A stretch of DNA of 64,000 bases from Candidatus Latescibacterota bacterium (lineage in GTDB: Bacteria; Latescibacterota; UBA2968; UBA8231), in NCBI GenBank assembly GCA_965243025.1, contig CBDETY010000003.1, positions 5,984,001 to 6,048,000 of the forward strand, in the 5' to 3' direction. A model generated the notes under the pieces. The model worked only from the letters and a program-made list of their open reading frames with translations. It made no database searches and was not told the DNA's origin. Position numbers and translations under genes: made by a program. The first letter of the stretch is position 1. Each line of letters begins with the position of its first letter. Positions 18,780 through 28,350 of this stretch are shown one piece after another.

Positions 18780-19889
18780 CTATCCGATGGTGTATTCGTG
18801 AAACGTCGCCGACTGCATCTGCTCCCAGTCGACGTCGAGGCCGAGCCCCGGTTTCTGCGGGGCGTGGACCCAGCCCTCCGCATCGGAGCGGATGACGTCG
18901 ACCATCCCGTACTCGTACGGCTTCTGCGGCACCGAGTGCTCGTAGAAGGAGCAGTTGTCGCAGGCGAGCATCAGGTGGAGGTTGGCCGCCGAGTTGAGGC
19001 TGTACCCCCAGGACATGATCTCGCAGTTGATGCCGGCGGCCTCGGTCAGGGCGACCGCCTTCTGCGTCTGCGTGATGCCCCCCATCATGTGGACGTCGGT
19101 GCGGGCTGAGCGCCAGGCCTTGCTCTCGACCGCCTCCCGGAAACTCATCAGGTCCATGAACCAGTTCCCCGACGGCAGCACCGGGATCGAGGTCCTGCGG
19201 GTCAACTCCCGGTAGCCGTCGAGATCCCAGTCCGGAAGCGGCGCCTCGAACCAGGTGAACCCGAGGTCCTCGATCTCCCTGGCGACCTTCAGGGAGCTGC
19301 CGCGGTCGTAGTTGTTCTCCGCGTCGAGCATGAAGTCGGTCTTCGAGGTGTCGAACTCACGCGCCACCTCCCGGGACAGCTCGAGGTCCTTATCCGGAAT
19401 GCACCAGGTGTGGAACTTGACGGCGGTGTACCCCTCCGCCAGCAGGTCTTCGACGAACTTCAGGTAGGCCGGGACATCCTCGAGCAGCGGCGTGCTCGCG
19501 TAGGACCGGATGCGCTCCCGCGCCGCCCCGAGCAGCCGGTAGATCGGCATGCCGGCGGCCTTCCCCGCCAGGTCCCAGAGCGCGATGTCGATCGCAGCGA
19601 GCACCTGCGGCGGCAGCGGAAACACGCGGGGTCGGATGTCGTGCCAGAGCGCTTCCCGCTGCAGGGGGTCGCGCCCGATGAGGATGGGGGCGACGTGGCG
19701 GATCGCCTCGGCGGTGTACTTCTCGAACCCGTACGAGGTCGCGTTCCAGACGCCGGAGACCGCCTCGACGCCGCCGGCGAACAGGCGCAGCACCGTGTTG
19801 GTCGCGAACTGCGCCGGGAGGTCGTCGGACCAGGTGAACTGCTCGGTCGGGGGAGCGACCGATCTGACTTCGATGCGTTCGATCTTCAT
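18780..19889 (-). CDS. Mandelate racemase/muconate lactonizing (enolase superfamily) enzyme
   Basis: AIDIALWDLAGKAAGMPIYRLLG, GYTAVKFH, MLDAE and WFEAP. Confidence 0.9.
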   Translation of the reverse strand: MKIERIEVRSVAPPTEQFTWSDDLPAQFATNTVLRLFAGGVEAVSGVWNATSYGFEKYTAEAIRHVAPILIGRDPLQREALWHDIRPRVFPLPPQVLAAIDIALWDLAGKAAGMPIYRLLGAARERIRSYASTPLLEDVPAYLKFVEDLLAEGYTAVKFHTWCIPDKDLELSREVAREFDTSKTDFMLDAENNYDRGSSLKVAREIEDLGFTWFEAPLPDWDLDGYRELTRRTSIPVLPSGNWFMDLMSFREAVESKAWRSARTDVHMMGGITQTQKAVALTEAAGINCEIMSWGYSLNSAANLHLMLACDNCSFYEHSVPQKPYEYGMVDVIRSDAEGWVHAPQKPGLGLDVDWEQMQSATFHEYTIG

Positions 19890-19935
19890 GTTCCTCGGCT
19901 TTCCCGCTTCCCGCCGGTCGGCGGCGGTGTGTCGG

Positions 19936-21123
19936 TTACTCCCAGAAGGGCTCCCCTTCCGGGAGCTCGGCGCGCAGCACCTCGGGCACCAGCTCGATCC
20001 CCAGCCCCGGGCCGTCGGGAACCGCGATCTTGCCGTCGACGATATCGAAGCCGTCGAGGCCCCCCATGTCGGCGATGTAGCGGTGTTCGTACAGCCGCGT
20101 CTCGCTCATGCTGAAATTGCGCACGCACGCTCCGAAATGGACGTTGGCCATGTTGTGCACGAGGGTGCCGCAGTTGTGGAGCGCCACGGGAAGGCCGAAG
20201 TGGTCGGCGAGCTCGGCGATCTTGCGGCCGCCGCTGATGCCGCCGCACCAGCACAGGTCTGGGTGCAGCACGTCGATGGCGCCCTCGACGATAAAGGGGA
20301 AAAAGTCGCGGTACCCCTCGATCTTCTCCCCGGTGCAGACCGGCACCCGCGACGACGCCCTGAGCGCCCGGTAGCCTTCCCAGGACCAGACCTGCAGCGG
20401 ATCCTCTATCCAGAGGGGGCGCGACTCCTCGACAGCCTGGCAGATGCCGGCGGCGGTCGGCACGTCCCACTCGTTGTGGCAGTGCGTGATGAAGTCGTAG
20501 TCCCACCCGAGGGCGTCGCGCATGGTCCCGACTCCGTCCCGGATGATCTTCAGGTCGCTCCCCTTCAGGGACTGGTTCGGTTCGGCGCCGGCGAACGGCC
20601 GCGAGAGAGCCGCCTCCCGGGGCAGCGGGAAGCTGCATTTCAGGGTGCGGAACCCGTAGGGATGAGCCTTGAATTCGGCGGCGAAGTCGTCGACCGCGGC
20701 GCGGTCGCTCCAGTCGGAGGGATCGCCGTTGAAATACATGTCGACGCGCTCGCGGAAGCGGCCGGTCAGCAGCTCGCTGACCGAAGCGCCGAGGATCTTC
20801 CCCGCCAGGTCCCACAGGGCGATGTCGACGCCGCTCACGGTAGGCACGTGCGCCTGGTAGGCGTGCTGCAGCCCCATCATCCGGTGGTAGAGCTTGTCGA
20901 CGTTGAGGGGGTCGGCCCCGAGGAGCACCTTGCCGGCGAGCCACTCGAGGTTCGCCCTGCACATCGAACCGCGCAGTCCCGCTTCGCCGATACCGTACAG
21001 GCCCGAGTCGGTGTCGACGCGCACCAGGCTCTGCCCGGTGGAATACTTGAGCTGCATGGCGGTGACGCCGGTGATGCGCACGCGTCCCCGTTCGCTTTCG
21101 GCGCGTTCGTCGAATGCAGTCAT
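19936..21123 (-). CDS. Mandelate racemase-like sugar-acid dehydratase (enolase superfamily)
   Basis: SGVDIALWDLAGK, HCHNEW, WIEDP, TGEK, LHPDLCWCGG and PGLGIEL. Confidence 0.9.
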   Translation of the reverse strand: MTAFDERAESERGRVRITGVTAMQLKYSTGQSLVRVDTDSGLYGIGEAGLRGSMCRANLEWLAGKVLLGADPLNVDKLYHRMMGLQHAYQAHVPTVSGVDIALWDLAGKILGASVSELLTGRFRERVDMYFNGDPSDWSDRAAVDDFAAEFKAHPYGFRTLKCSFPLPREAALSRPFAGAEPNQSLKGSDLKIIRDGVGTMRDALGWDYDFITHCHNEWDVPTAAGICQAVEESRPLWIEDPLQVWSWEGYRALRASSRVPVCTGEKIEGYRDFFPFIVEGAIDVLHPDLCWCGGISGGRKIAELADHFGLPVALHNCGTLVHNMANVHFGACVRNFSMSETRLYEHRYIADMGGLDGFDIVDGKIAVPDGPGLGIELVPEVLRAELPEGEPFWE

Positions 21124-21236
21124 GATCAGCTTTCCCTATCCTGCCGCCAGGATCAGAACCAGGGTCCGAAGGCCACGCGGCGAGACGGATGCGGCGGCGG
21201 TCGAATTCACGCGGAAATGGCACGCGGGGACACTTG

Positions 21237-22160
21237 CTACCCGCACTGTTCCCATTCCTCTTCGAGACGGTCGTAGCGGTCGCGCAGGGCCTCGACTGCT
21301 TCGGGGGGGATCGGCAGCTTGTTCGACACCAGGTCGATGTTCGCCAGCATGTGCTCGGGCTGTTTGGTGCCGATGATCGCCACGTCGACCTCCGGGTGGC
21401 CGAAGGCGAATCCCATGGCCAGCAGGATGCGGTCCTCCGGCTCTTCGGGAAGCGGCCCCTCGGCCCGCAGCATCCCCGCGCGCCGGTAGTACTCGGAGGT
21501 GTACTCGGGAATGTGCTCGTACGGCCGGGGATCCCGCGCCGCGCCCCAGACGGCGTTGGCGATGGGTCTCTTGACGATGATGCCCATCCCCCTGGATTCG
21601 GCGTCTGGGAGGATTTTCCGGCGCGCTCCCTGGTCCACCAGGTTGAACGAGGTCTGCAGGGTGTCGAACTGCCCGCTGCCGACGGCCCATTCGGCGTTCT
21701 CGTTGTCCCCGGAGTAGCCGATGAAGCGGGTCTTCCCCGCTGCCCTGGCGTCCTCCAGGGCCCGCGTGACGTCGCCGCGCTCGAGCACGTCGATCCGGCA
21801 GGAGTGCAACTGCACGAGGTCGAGGCAGTCGGTGTTCATCAGCCGCAGGCTGCGGTCGATGCTGTCGGCGACGACCTCGTACGTCCAGTCCTCCCCCTCT
21901 CCGCGAGGAACGTAGTGCCCGGCCTTGGTAGCCAGCAGGAACTCGTCCCGGCGGTGCGACACGGTCTTGCCCACCAGCTCTTCGCTGATCCCGTAGCAGG
22001 CCGCCGTGTCGAGGAAGTTGATGCCTGCGTCCAGCGCCGCATTGAGGACGCGTCCCGCCTGCTCCACGTCGCCCCGGGTCAGGATGTAACCGATTTCGGA
22101 CAGGCCGATCCCGAGGCGGGTCACCTCCAGGCCGGTCTTTCCCAACGTCGTGGTTTCCAT
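21237..22160 (-). CDS. Aldo/keto reductase
   Basis: LGKTGLEVTRLG, GINFLDTAACYG, LATK, DLVQLH and GKTRFIGYS. Confidence 0.93.
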   Translation of the reverse strand: METTTLGKTGLEVTRLGIGLSEIGYILTRGDVEQAGRVLNAALDAGINFLDTAACYGISEELVGKTVSHRRDEFLLATKAGHYVPRGEGEDWTYEVVADSIDRSLRLMNTDCLDLVQLHSCRIDVLERGDVTRALEDARAAGKTRFIGYSGDNENAEWAVGSGQFDTLQTSFNLVDQGARRKILPDAESRGMGIIVKRPIANAVWGAARDPRPYEHIPEYTSEYYRRAGMLRAEGPLPEEPEDRILLAMGFAFGHPEVDVAIIGTKQPEHMLANIDLVSNKLPIPPEAVEALRDRYDRLEEEWEQCG

Positions 22161-22279
22161 GGTTTCTACAGTCTTGCTGGAATTGCGGATGCGTGAACGG
22201 CGGCGGCCGTCCTCACAGCCGGTTTGGGAGGGGCTGACTCGGAGGGAAAGAGATCGAGGAGCGAAGAGGTGTCAACCGG

Positions 22280-23203
22280 TCACACCCGGATTTCGACGTT
22301 CGTCCGTTCTTCGAGAAGACGCACCACCGAGACCGCCGACGACTTTCCCCAGCCCCTTCCGAGAGCCTCGGCGTACTGCCGCTCGATCCGGTCGGCCGAA
22401 TCCATCGGCACCCCCAGGCGCCGTCCGAGCTGAGTGGCCAGGCCGACGTCCTTTGCCGCGAGGTCGAGGGCGAATCCCTCCGCGAAATTGCCGGCGAAAA
22501 GCCCCCCGGGGAATTCCTGCATCGACTGCGTGTTCCCGGAGCTGTTGGAGATGGCCTCGAACAGGGTCTGCGTTTGCACCCCGGCCCTGATGCCGAGGGC
22601 GAACGCCTCGGCCACGAGGAAGTAGCTGCCGAGGTTGACGAGGTTGTTGGCGATCTTGCAGACCGCCCCCGACCCCAGGGGGCCGCAGTGAAGGATGGTT
22701 TTTCCCAGAAGCTCGAGGATGGGCCTGGCCCGGGCGAAAGCGGTCTCCTCCCCTCCGACCATGATGCACAGCGAGGCGCTTTGCGCTCCGATCGTCCCCC
22801 CGCTGACCGGGGCGTCGAGCACCTGCACTCCCGCGGGTTCGGCCGCCGCGGCGATCCGGCGGATCGTATCGGGATCGGTGGTGCCGACATCGCAGAGGAT
22901 CGTTCCCGGGGCTGCCCCTTCGAGGATTCCCCCGGGGCCGGTGGCAACCGCCTCTACGTCCTTCGGCATGGGAAGCGAGGTGAAGACGATTTCGCTCGCC
23001 GCTGCGACGTCCCCCGGGCTCCCGGCCCACGTAGCGCCGCGGGAGAGAATGCCGGAGGCGGCGTTCCTGTCGATGTCGAAGACGCTCAGTTCGCAGCCGC
23101 CGTCGAGGAGATGCCGCGACATGATGCGCCCCATGTTCCCGATGCCGATGAAACCGATCCGGACAGGTTGCGGGCGTTTCGTTGTTCGGGGACTCGCAGG
23201 CAT
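22280..23203 (-). CDS. 3-hydroxyisobutyrate/2-hydroxy-3-oxopropionate reductase family NAD(P) oxidoreductase
   Basis: IGFIGIGNMG, LDAPVSGG, CKIANN and KDVGLA. Confidence 0.92.
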   Translation of the reverse strand: MPASPRTTKRPQPVRIGFIGIGNMGRIMSRHLLDGGCELSVFDIDRNAASGILSRGATWAGSPGDVAAASEIVFTSLPMPKDVEAVATGPGGILEGAAPGTILCDVGTTDPDTIRRIAAAAEPAGVQVLDAPVSGGTIGAQSASLCIMVGGEETAFARARPILELLGKTILHCGPLGSGAVCKIANNLVNLGSYFLVAEAFALGIRAGVQTQTLFEAISNSSGNTQSMQEFPGGLFAGNFAEGFALDLAAKDVGLATQLGRRLGVPMDSADRIERQYAEALGRGWGKSSAVSVVRLLEERTNVEIRV

Positions 23204-23293
23204 CGGACCTACCTCTTTGATCGGATTGGATGTCGTCCCGGCTTTCGGGACCGGGGAGGGGAAGAGCTCTGCCGGGGAAGCGGCAGCCGGCTC

Positions 23294-24067
23294 CTATTCG
23301 ACAATGGCGTCGCGAAGCCTGCGGATCTGCTCCTCGCTCATTCCGATGTTGCGCGCGTACCCGACCACGCCGCAATAGCGCTCCTCGAGGGTGCGGAGCA
23401 CGGCGAGCATGGTATCGGGCCGGCACTGCCGGCTGCGGTGGTCCTCCAGGGTGTAGTCGTCGGGGTCGAGCTCCGGGTGGGCCTCGAGATAGGGGCGGTA
23501 GGAGAAGAGGGCGGTGAGCGCGAAGTCTTCGGCGATCGTCTCCTCGGGCACCCCGGCGATCCCGAGGACGAGGCCGACGATGAGCCCCGTCCTCTCGGTG
23601 CCGCCGGCGCAGTGGACGAGGGCGGGGAGCGTCTCCGGCTCACCCAGAAGGCAGAGCGTGTCGTGGATATGGGACTTGCGGCGGTCGAGAACCACCGAGT
23701 AGGACCAGCGCATGTGCTCGACGTAATCGAGCCCCTCCGGGATGCTTTCCCGTTCCCGGATCAGGGTGTCTCCGACCATGTTCTGGTGGTAGTACTTCAC
23801 CTTGTCCGAGCCGAAGAAGACGTTGCGGTTCTTCTGCATCTCCAGGCTCTTCCGCAGGTCGAGAACCGATCGCAGGCCGAAATCGAGAAGGGTCTGCTGC
23901 GAACCGGGCGAGAGCCGGTGCAGGGAGTCGGACCGCAGCAGCCTGCCCCAGCGGGTCCGCCGCCCGTCACGGGTCGCGTATCCCCCTATGTCCCTCGTGT
24001 TGACGGTGCCCTCGAGCTTCAGGTGCCGCCGCGGATCGAGGTTGCCGGTCATGTCCGTCGCTTCCAT
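23294..24067 (-). CDS. Protein tyrosine/serine phosphatase (Y_phosphatase3/PtpB-like)
   Basis: NTRDIGGY, LLRSDSL and VLDLR; P-loop HCAGGTERTG. Start uncertain (24052-24079). Confidence 0.88.
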   Translation of the reverse strand: MEATDMTGNLDPRRHLKLEGTVNTRDIGGYATRDGRRTRWGRLLRSDSLHRLSPGSQQTLLDFGLRSVLDLRKSLEMQKNRNVFFGSDKVKYYHQNMVGDTLIRERESIPEGLDYVEHMRWSYSVVLDRRKSHIHDTLCLLGEPETLPALVHCAGGTERTGLIVGLVLGIAGVPEETIAEDFALTALFSYRPYLEAHPELDPDDYTLEDHRSRQCRPDTMLAVLRTLEERYCGVVGYARNIGMSEEQIRRLRDAIVE

Positions 24068-24075
24068 TTCGGTGA

Positions 24076-25116
24076 TCAATCCCGCCAGAGAACGACGCCC
24101 ATGTGGTAGCGCCGGTGCATGGGAATGCGCTGGCAGTAGTAGGCGGTGAGGATGGTGCCGTCCGCCAACTGCAGGCTGGAGGGGTAGCCTCCGTCGACCC
24201 CCTTGGAACTGGTGTCCGACTGGTAGACCTCAGTACTGAACAGCACCCGGGGATCATCCCACGAGACGCCTTGGTCGCGGCTGATCATGGCGCAGACGCC
24301 GAGCATGCCCCGCAGGCGCACCCCGTAGGTGAGCAGGATCGACCGGTCTTGGAGCCGCAACAGGTGGGCGGGCATGTGCCTTGAGGGAGTCACCGGTCCG
24401 CGGCAGGTCCAGGTCAGCCCTTCGTCATCGGAAGCGAAGATCTCGGTCTCGGCGGTTCTCGCCGTGCGGCTGGCGGCGAGCAGCCTGCCCTCCCCCAGGA
24501 CCAGCAGGTCGGTTTCGTTGTACCTGCCGGCGCCGATCAGCCGGGCATCCCCCCAGGTCCGCCCGTCGTCGTCGCTGAAGTAGATCCAGGCGCTGTCGCC
24601 GCTCTCGTCCTCGGAGCGGCTGTCCTCGGCCGAATAACAGGAAACGGCGAGGCGGTTCCCCGAAAGCTTCACCACGTCCCCGAACGGGACGGCGTTGTCG
24701 ACGTTCGCGGGATAGTGGATGGCCCCGCCCCTGCTCCAGGTCCGGCCCCCGTCCGCAGAACGGCAGACCACCGCTTCCTGGTTGCCCATTTCCTCTCTGG
24801 TCCGGGGCCGCTCGAGCGGCTCGCCCCGGGGCGGCGCGAACCTGCGGCCGCTGCACAGGACCACGAAAGCTCCCTCGTGGGTGAGGCCGGCGGCCAGGTC
24901 GCCGCGGGTGCGGCCCGGTTCGTGCTGAACGGGAATGCTGAGGAAGGACCAGAGCCTGCCCCCGTCGCTGCTGATCCAGCATTCCGACGACCCTTCCCAC
25001 AACTGGTGACAGGGCTCGCCGAAGATGGTCGCCACGATGCTGCCGTCCGGCATGAGCGTCAGGTTGGGCCATGCGCACTTGTCGTCGATGGCTACGTAGC
25101 GTTCGAGAATGTCCAT
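24076..25116 (-). CDS. Sialidase-like BNR-repeat beta-propeller protein
   Basis: Asp boxes SSDGGRLW, SADGGRTW, SDDDGRTW, SDDEGLTW and SRDQGVSW; GGYPSS. Confidence 0.85.
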   Translation of the reverse strand: MDILERYVAIDDKCAWPNLTLMPDGSIVATIFGEPCHQLWEGSSECWISSDGGRLWSFLSIPVQHEPGRTRGDLAAGLTHEGAFVVLCSGRRFAPPRGEPLERPRTREEMGNQEAVVCRSADGGRTWSRGGAIHYPANVDNAVPFGDVVKLSGNRLAVSCYSAEDSRSEDESGDSAWIYFSDDDGRTWGDARLIGAGRYNETDLLVLGEGRLLAASRTARTAETEIFASDDEGLTWTCRGPVTPSRHMPAHLLRLQDRSILLTYGVRLRGMLGVCAMISRDQGVSWDDPRVLFSTEVYQSDTSSKGVDGGYPSSLQLADGTILTAYYCQRIPMHRRYHMGVVLWRD

Positions 25117-25176
25117 CCTGCTCCTCCGCGGTCCGGGTTGCCTGAGGCTGGTATGGGGGCGGTTAATTCGGTCGCG

Positions 25177-26004
25177 TCAATCACTGCGGGCGGGCCCTGA
25201 AGCGGCTGGCTGCAGAATGAAGAGGGGACTTTCGCCGCGGATCCAGTACGGGTCGCTCCCGGGCGTGAAAGGCCTGGTCAGGTCCGCTTCCCGGGTCGGG
25301 TAGATCAGCAATCTGTCGTCCTTCCACTCGAAGGCGCAGGTCTGCGGGGGCCGATCACTGGCCGGATCTCCTGCAACATGGAAAACGTCGTACCTGCCGG
25401 CCGCCCCGTGTTTATCGAGCTCTACAGTGTAGGTGAACGGTGTCGAATCCGGCCATACCGCGGCGCCGGTCTCCTCGAAGGTGAAGGAGCGTCCTCTCCG
25501 GTCGGTGTAGGTCCCGGCAATCACGGTCCGGTTGACGAACGCGGCGATGTCCGGCTCGACCCGTCTGAAGGTGATGCGCCGCTTTCCTGGGGCCGGGCGG
25601 TACAGTTCGTCGAACATCCAGGTCATCTCCTCCAGAGGTGTTGTGCGCGGTATCAGGAAACGGTCTTCACCGGTTGCGCGGCCGTGCGTCTGCCGGTCGT
25701 GGAACAGCACTCGATAGATGCCGGACTCCGGTTCGGGCTGCAACCCCGTGATTCTGAGGACCACCCCCTCGTGGTACGAAATTGCCTGCTTCCACTCGAA
25801 GTACCCGTCCCCGCGCGAAAAGTAGAGAGCAGTCCAACGGGTGTTCCCGTCGAAAGGCATCTTCACCGGAGACCGGGTCGCTTCCAGGTGGTCGATGTAT
25901 TCGCTGTTGAGCCATTCACCGACGAGCAGGTCGAGGGTCACCTCTTCCGGGACGGCCGGTGCCGCCGCGAGCAGCGCGAGCGCAAGACAGCTCGGGATTG
26001 TCAT
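25177..26004 (-). CDS. Hypothetical secreted protein
   Basis: Signal-peptide-like N-terminus; plausible codon usage; same strand as neighbours. Confidence 0.55.
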   Translation of the reverse strand: MTIPSCLALALLAAAPAVPEEVTLDLLVGEWLNSEYIDHLEATRSPVKMPFDGNTRWTALYFSRGDGYFEWKQAISYHEGVVLRITGLQPEPESGIYRVLFHDRQTHGRATGEDRFLIPRTTPLEEMTWMFDELYRPAPGKRRITFRRVEPDIAAFVNRTVIAGTYTDRRGRSFTFEETGAAVWPDSTPFTYTVELDKHGAAGRYDVFHVAGDPASDRPPQTCAFEWKDDRLLIYPTREADLTRPFTPGSDPYWIRGESPLFILQPAASGPARSD

Positions 26005-26310
26005 GCGACGCCCGGCTTACCCTTGCCTTCCGCTACCGTGGTGTCATCCACCGTCACCCCTGACGGGAAGTTCGGCCGCCTGGTGGGTGACGGGAAGACC
26101 TGGGGTCGGCTGGGAGGAAAACCAGGAGTGGGGCCGTTCGGGTGAGCGGGTTGGGCGAAGCAGTTTGACTGCCCCGGCGTCGTCGTCAGGCTTCCTTCCT
26201 CCGGCGCCGACGAACCGGGTGTCATCTACCCGAATTGAAACGATTAAAGCTTGCGCCTTGTTGAGCCGTCCCTGGTTGAGGCTCGCGTGGCGGTCCCGCG
26301 AAAGGGAGAG

Positions 26311-27063
26311 TCAGCCCTGCCCCTGCTGGGCCCCTTCCCGCCGCTTTCCCGCCATGATCAGGGCGTTGGAAAACGCGTGTCCGTACACCTCCACGCGTTC
26401 CTTGCACACCTCTGCCCGGCGCGCCAGGTACCGGTAGGCAACGATCGTGGGGATTGCGATGATCAACCCCGCCGCGGTCGTGCCGAGGGCCTGCGATATG
26501 CCGCCGGCCACCACCTTCGGATCGCCGGTCCCGGCCACCGCGATGGACTCGAAGGCGATAATCATTCCCAGGATCGTTCCCAGCAATCCCAGCAGAGGAC
26601 TGATGGTCCCGATCGTCTGCAGAACGGCCAGATGCTTTCCCAGGTATCCCCTCAAGGCCTCTTCCGTCTGGATCACCAGCTCGTCCTTCAGGTCCTTCAA
26701 GGCGTTCTCCATGACCAGGAAGCGGCCTATCTGGGCTCCCCCCGCCGCCTCGGAAAGGCGTATGATCTCCTCGTGCGTCCCCTGGAATTCCCGCTGTTCG
26801 ATCATCAGGACGTCGTAGCGCTGCAGGAGGGCGGCGAACATGTAGTTGAGAACACCCTTCCCCTGGTTGCACTCCTCGACCACCGCCTCTTCACCCCTGT
26901 CGATAAGGGCGGTTTCCACCCGCTCCAGCTCTTCCTGGGCTTCGTCGCGGTCCGGAAGGCGGCGGAACACCACGACACGCTCGATGATGAGGGCGAGGGA
27001 CAGGACGGCGCACCCGATCAGGGGAACCATCAACGGCCCACCGCTCTTGATGATCTCCAACAT
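26311..27063 (-). CDS. MotA/TolQ/ExbB proton channel family protein
   Basis: AAGGAG RBS; SGGPLMVPL; ISPLLGLLGTILGMIIAF; GGISQALGTTAAGLIIAIP. Confidence 0.92.
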   Translation of the reverse strand: MLEIIKSGGPLMVPLIGCAVLSLALIIERVVVFRRLPDRDEAQEELERVETALIDRGEEAVVEECNQGKGVLNYMFAALLQRYDVLMIEQREFQGTHEEIIRLSEAAGGAQIGRFLVMENALKDLKDELVIQTEEALRGYLGKHLAVLQTIGTISPLLGLLGTILGMIIAFESIAVAGTGDPKVVAGGISQALGTTAAGLIIAIPTIVAYRYLARRAEVCKERVEVYGHAFSNALIMAGKRREGAQQGQG

Positions 27064-27593
27064 TGCATTGCTCCTTTCGCAGGATTGCAGCCCGTTGGAA
27101 GTCAATCCGGGCTGCGGCCGGCCCTGTCGGTCGGGAAACCTTCGGGTTCGCGGCGGGAACGGCTCGTGCTCGAAAGAGCGTTCCGATTACGACGACTGCG
27201 CTCCCTCCCCGACTCGATCACAACCCAAGGGCGATCCCGAAGATTCCAACTGCCTGCGCGACCTTTGCGGCAGCTGCCGCCCCGGGGAAACGCAGCCAAT
27301 GTAAGGCAGTGAAGTGGGATTCCAAAGCTCCCTTTCGAGCACCCGGAGCGGCAATTTCTTTCTGCGCGCGGAGCCCGAAATGCCTTGAACCGGCTCACCC
27401 TGCACGGCCTCGCCATGCCCCCGCAAGCAACCCGGGCGGGGGTTGCAGTCCCCTTCGGTTCATGGCTGCCGTTCCTTGCGCCCGTTGCCCGGATGAAGCC
27501 AGCGGTGTCCCAGGGGCACGCGACGGTCGCGGTCATCCGCAGGGTGCTGCAGCGACCCCGGGCCCCTGGATCGGCAACGGGAAACCGGCAGCC

Positions 27594-28292
27594 CTACTTC
27601 CGCCACCTCTCTTCGGGGACGAACGAGCGGTCCTGCGGGTGGTACCCGATCACCCGGCGGCCGTGGTCGAGGTCGTAGAGAGGCCAGTTGCTGTCCGATA
27701 CCCCGAAGACGACCTCGAAGCCGACCCCGGGGTGAACCAGCGCCCGCTCGAACACGCGCACGCAGTCGCCGTGGCTGAGATGGAGAGGGGACAGCGGCTG
27801 GTCGCGCTCGAGGGTGAAGCTGCCGATGCGGACGCAGACGCAGCCCATGCCGTGCTCGCGGGAGTAGGAGTAGGCGATCGATTCGCCGAAGACCTTGCTG
27901 ATGGTGTAGAAACCGACCGGGGTGGGTACGAGGTCGACGGAAAGGGTGACCCCCCGCGGAAACTCGCCGTACACGCCGATGCGGCTCGCGAAGGCGACCC
28001 GCCCGACGCCGTTGCGGCGGCAGGCTTCGAACACGTTGTAGGTGCCGAGTATGTTGCTCCGGTGGATGGGCTCCCACCCGTCGTCCCCGGGCAGGCCGCC
28101 GATGTGGGCGACGGCATCGATGCCGCGGGTCGCCTCGAGGAGGGCGTCGAAGTCGCTCAGGTCGCTGACCACGGCGTCGTCGAGTTCGGGCATGGGCCGG
28201 CGGTCGTGGCCGCGCACCTGGTGCCGCTCCCGCAGGCCGCGGGCAACGGTGCTGCCGACCTGGCCGGCGGCGCCGGTTACGAGTATGCGCAT
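27594..28292 (-). CDS. NAD-dependent epimerase/dehydratase, uronate-dehydrogenase-like SDR
   Basis: MRILVTGAAGQVG; NILGTYNVFEA; YxxxK (YTISK); VRIGS...LSHGD. Confidence 0.88.
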   Translation of the reverse strand: MRILVTGAAGQVGSTVARGLRERHQVRGHDRRPMPELDDAVVSDLSDFDALLEATRGIDAVAHIGGLPGDDGWEPIHRSNILGTYNVFEACRRNGVGRVAFASRIGVYGEFPRGVTLSVDLVPTPVGFYTISKVFGESIAYSYSREHGMGCVCVRIGSFTLERDQPLSPLHLSHGDCVRVFERALVHPGVGFEVVFGVSDSNWPLYDLDHGRRVIGYHPQDRSFVPEERWRK

Positions 28293-28350
28293 TGACGCGG
28301 ACTCCTTGTGATCGTCTTGCATCCAGCGGATCCCGGACGGACCGGGGCGC

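Noticed and set aside
27064-27590. Cobalamin or c-di-GMP riboswitch upstream of the exbB-like gene or the FN3 gene
   Set aside because: I could not find the consensus elements by eye; needs an Infernal scan.
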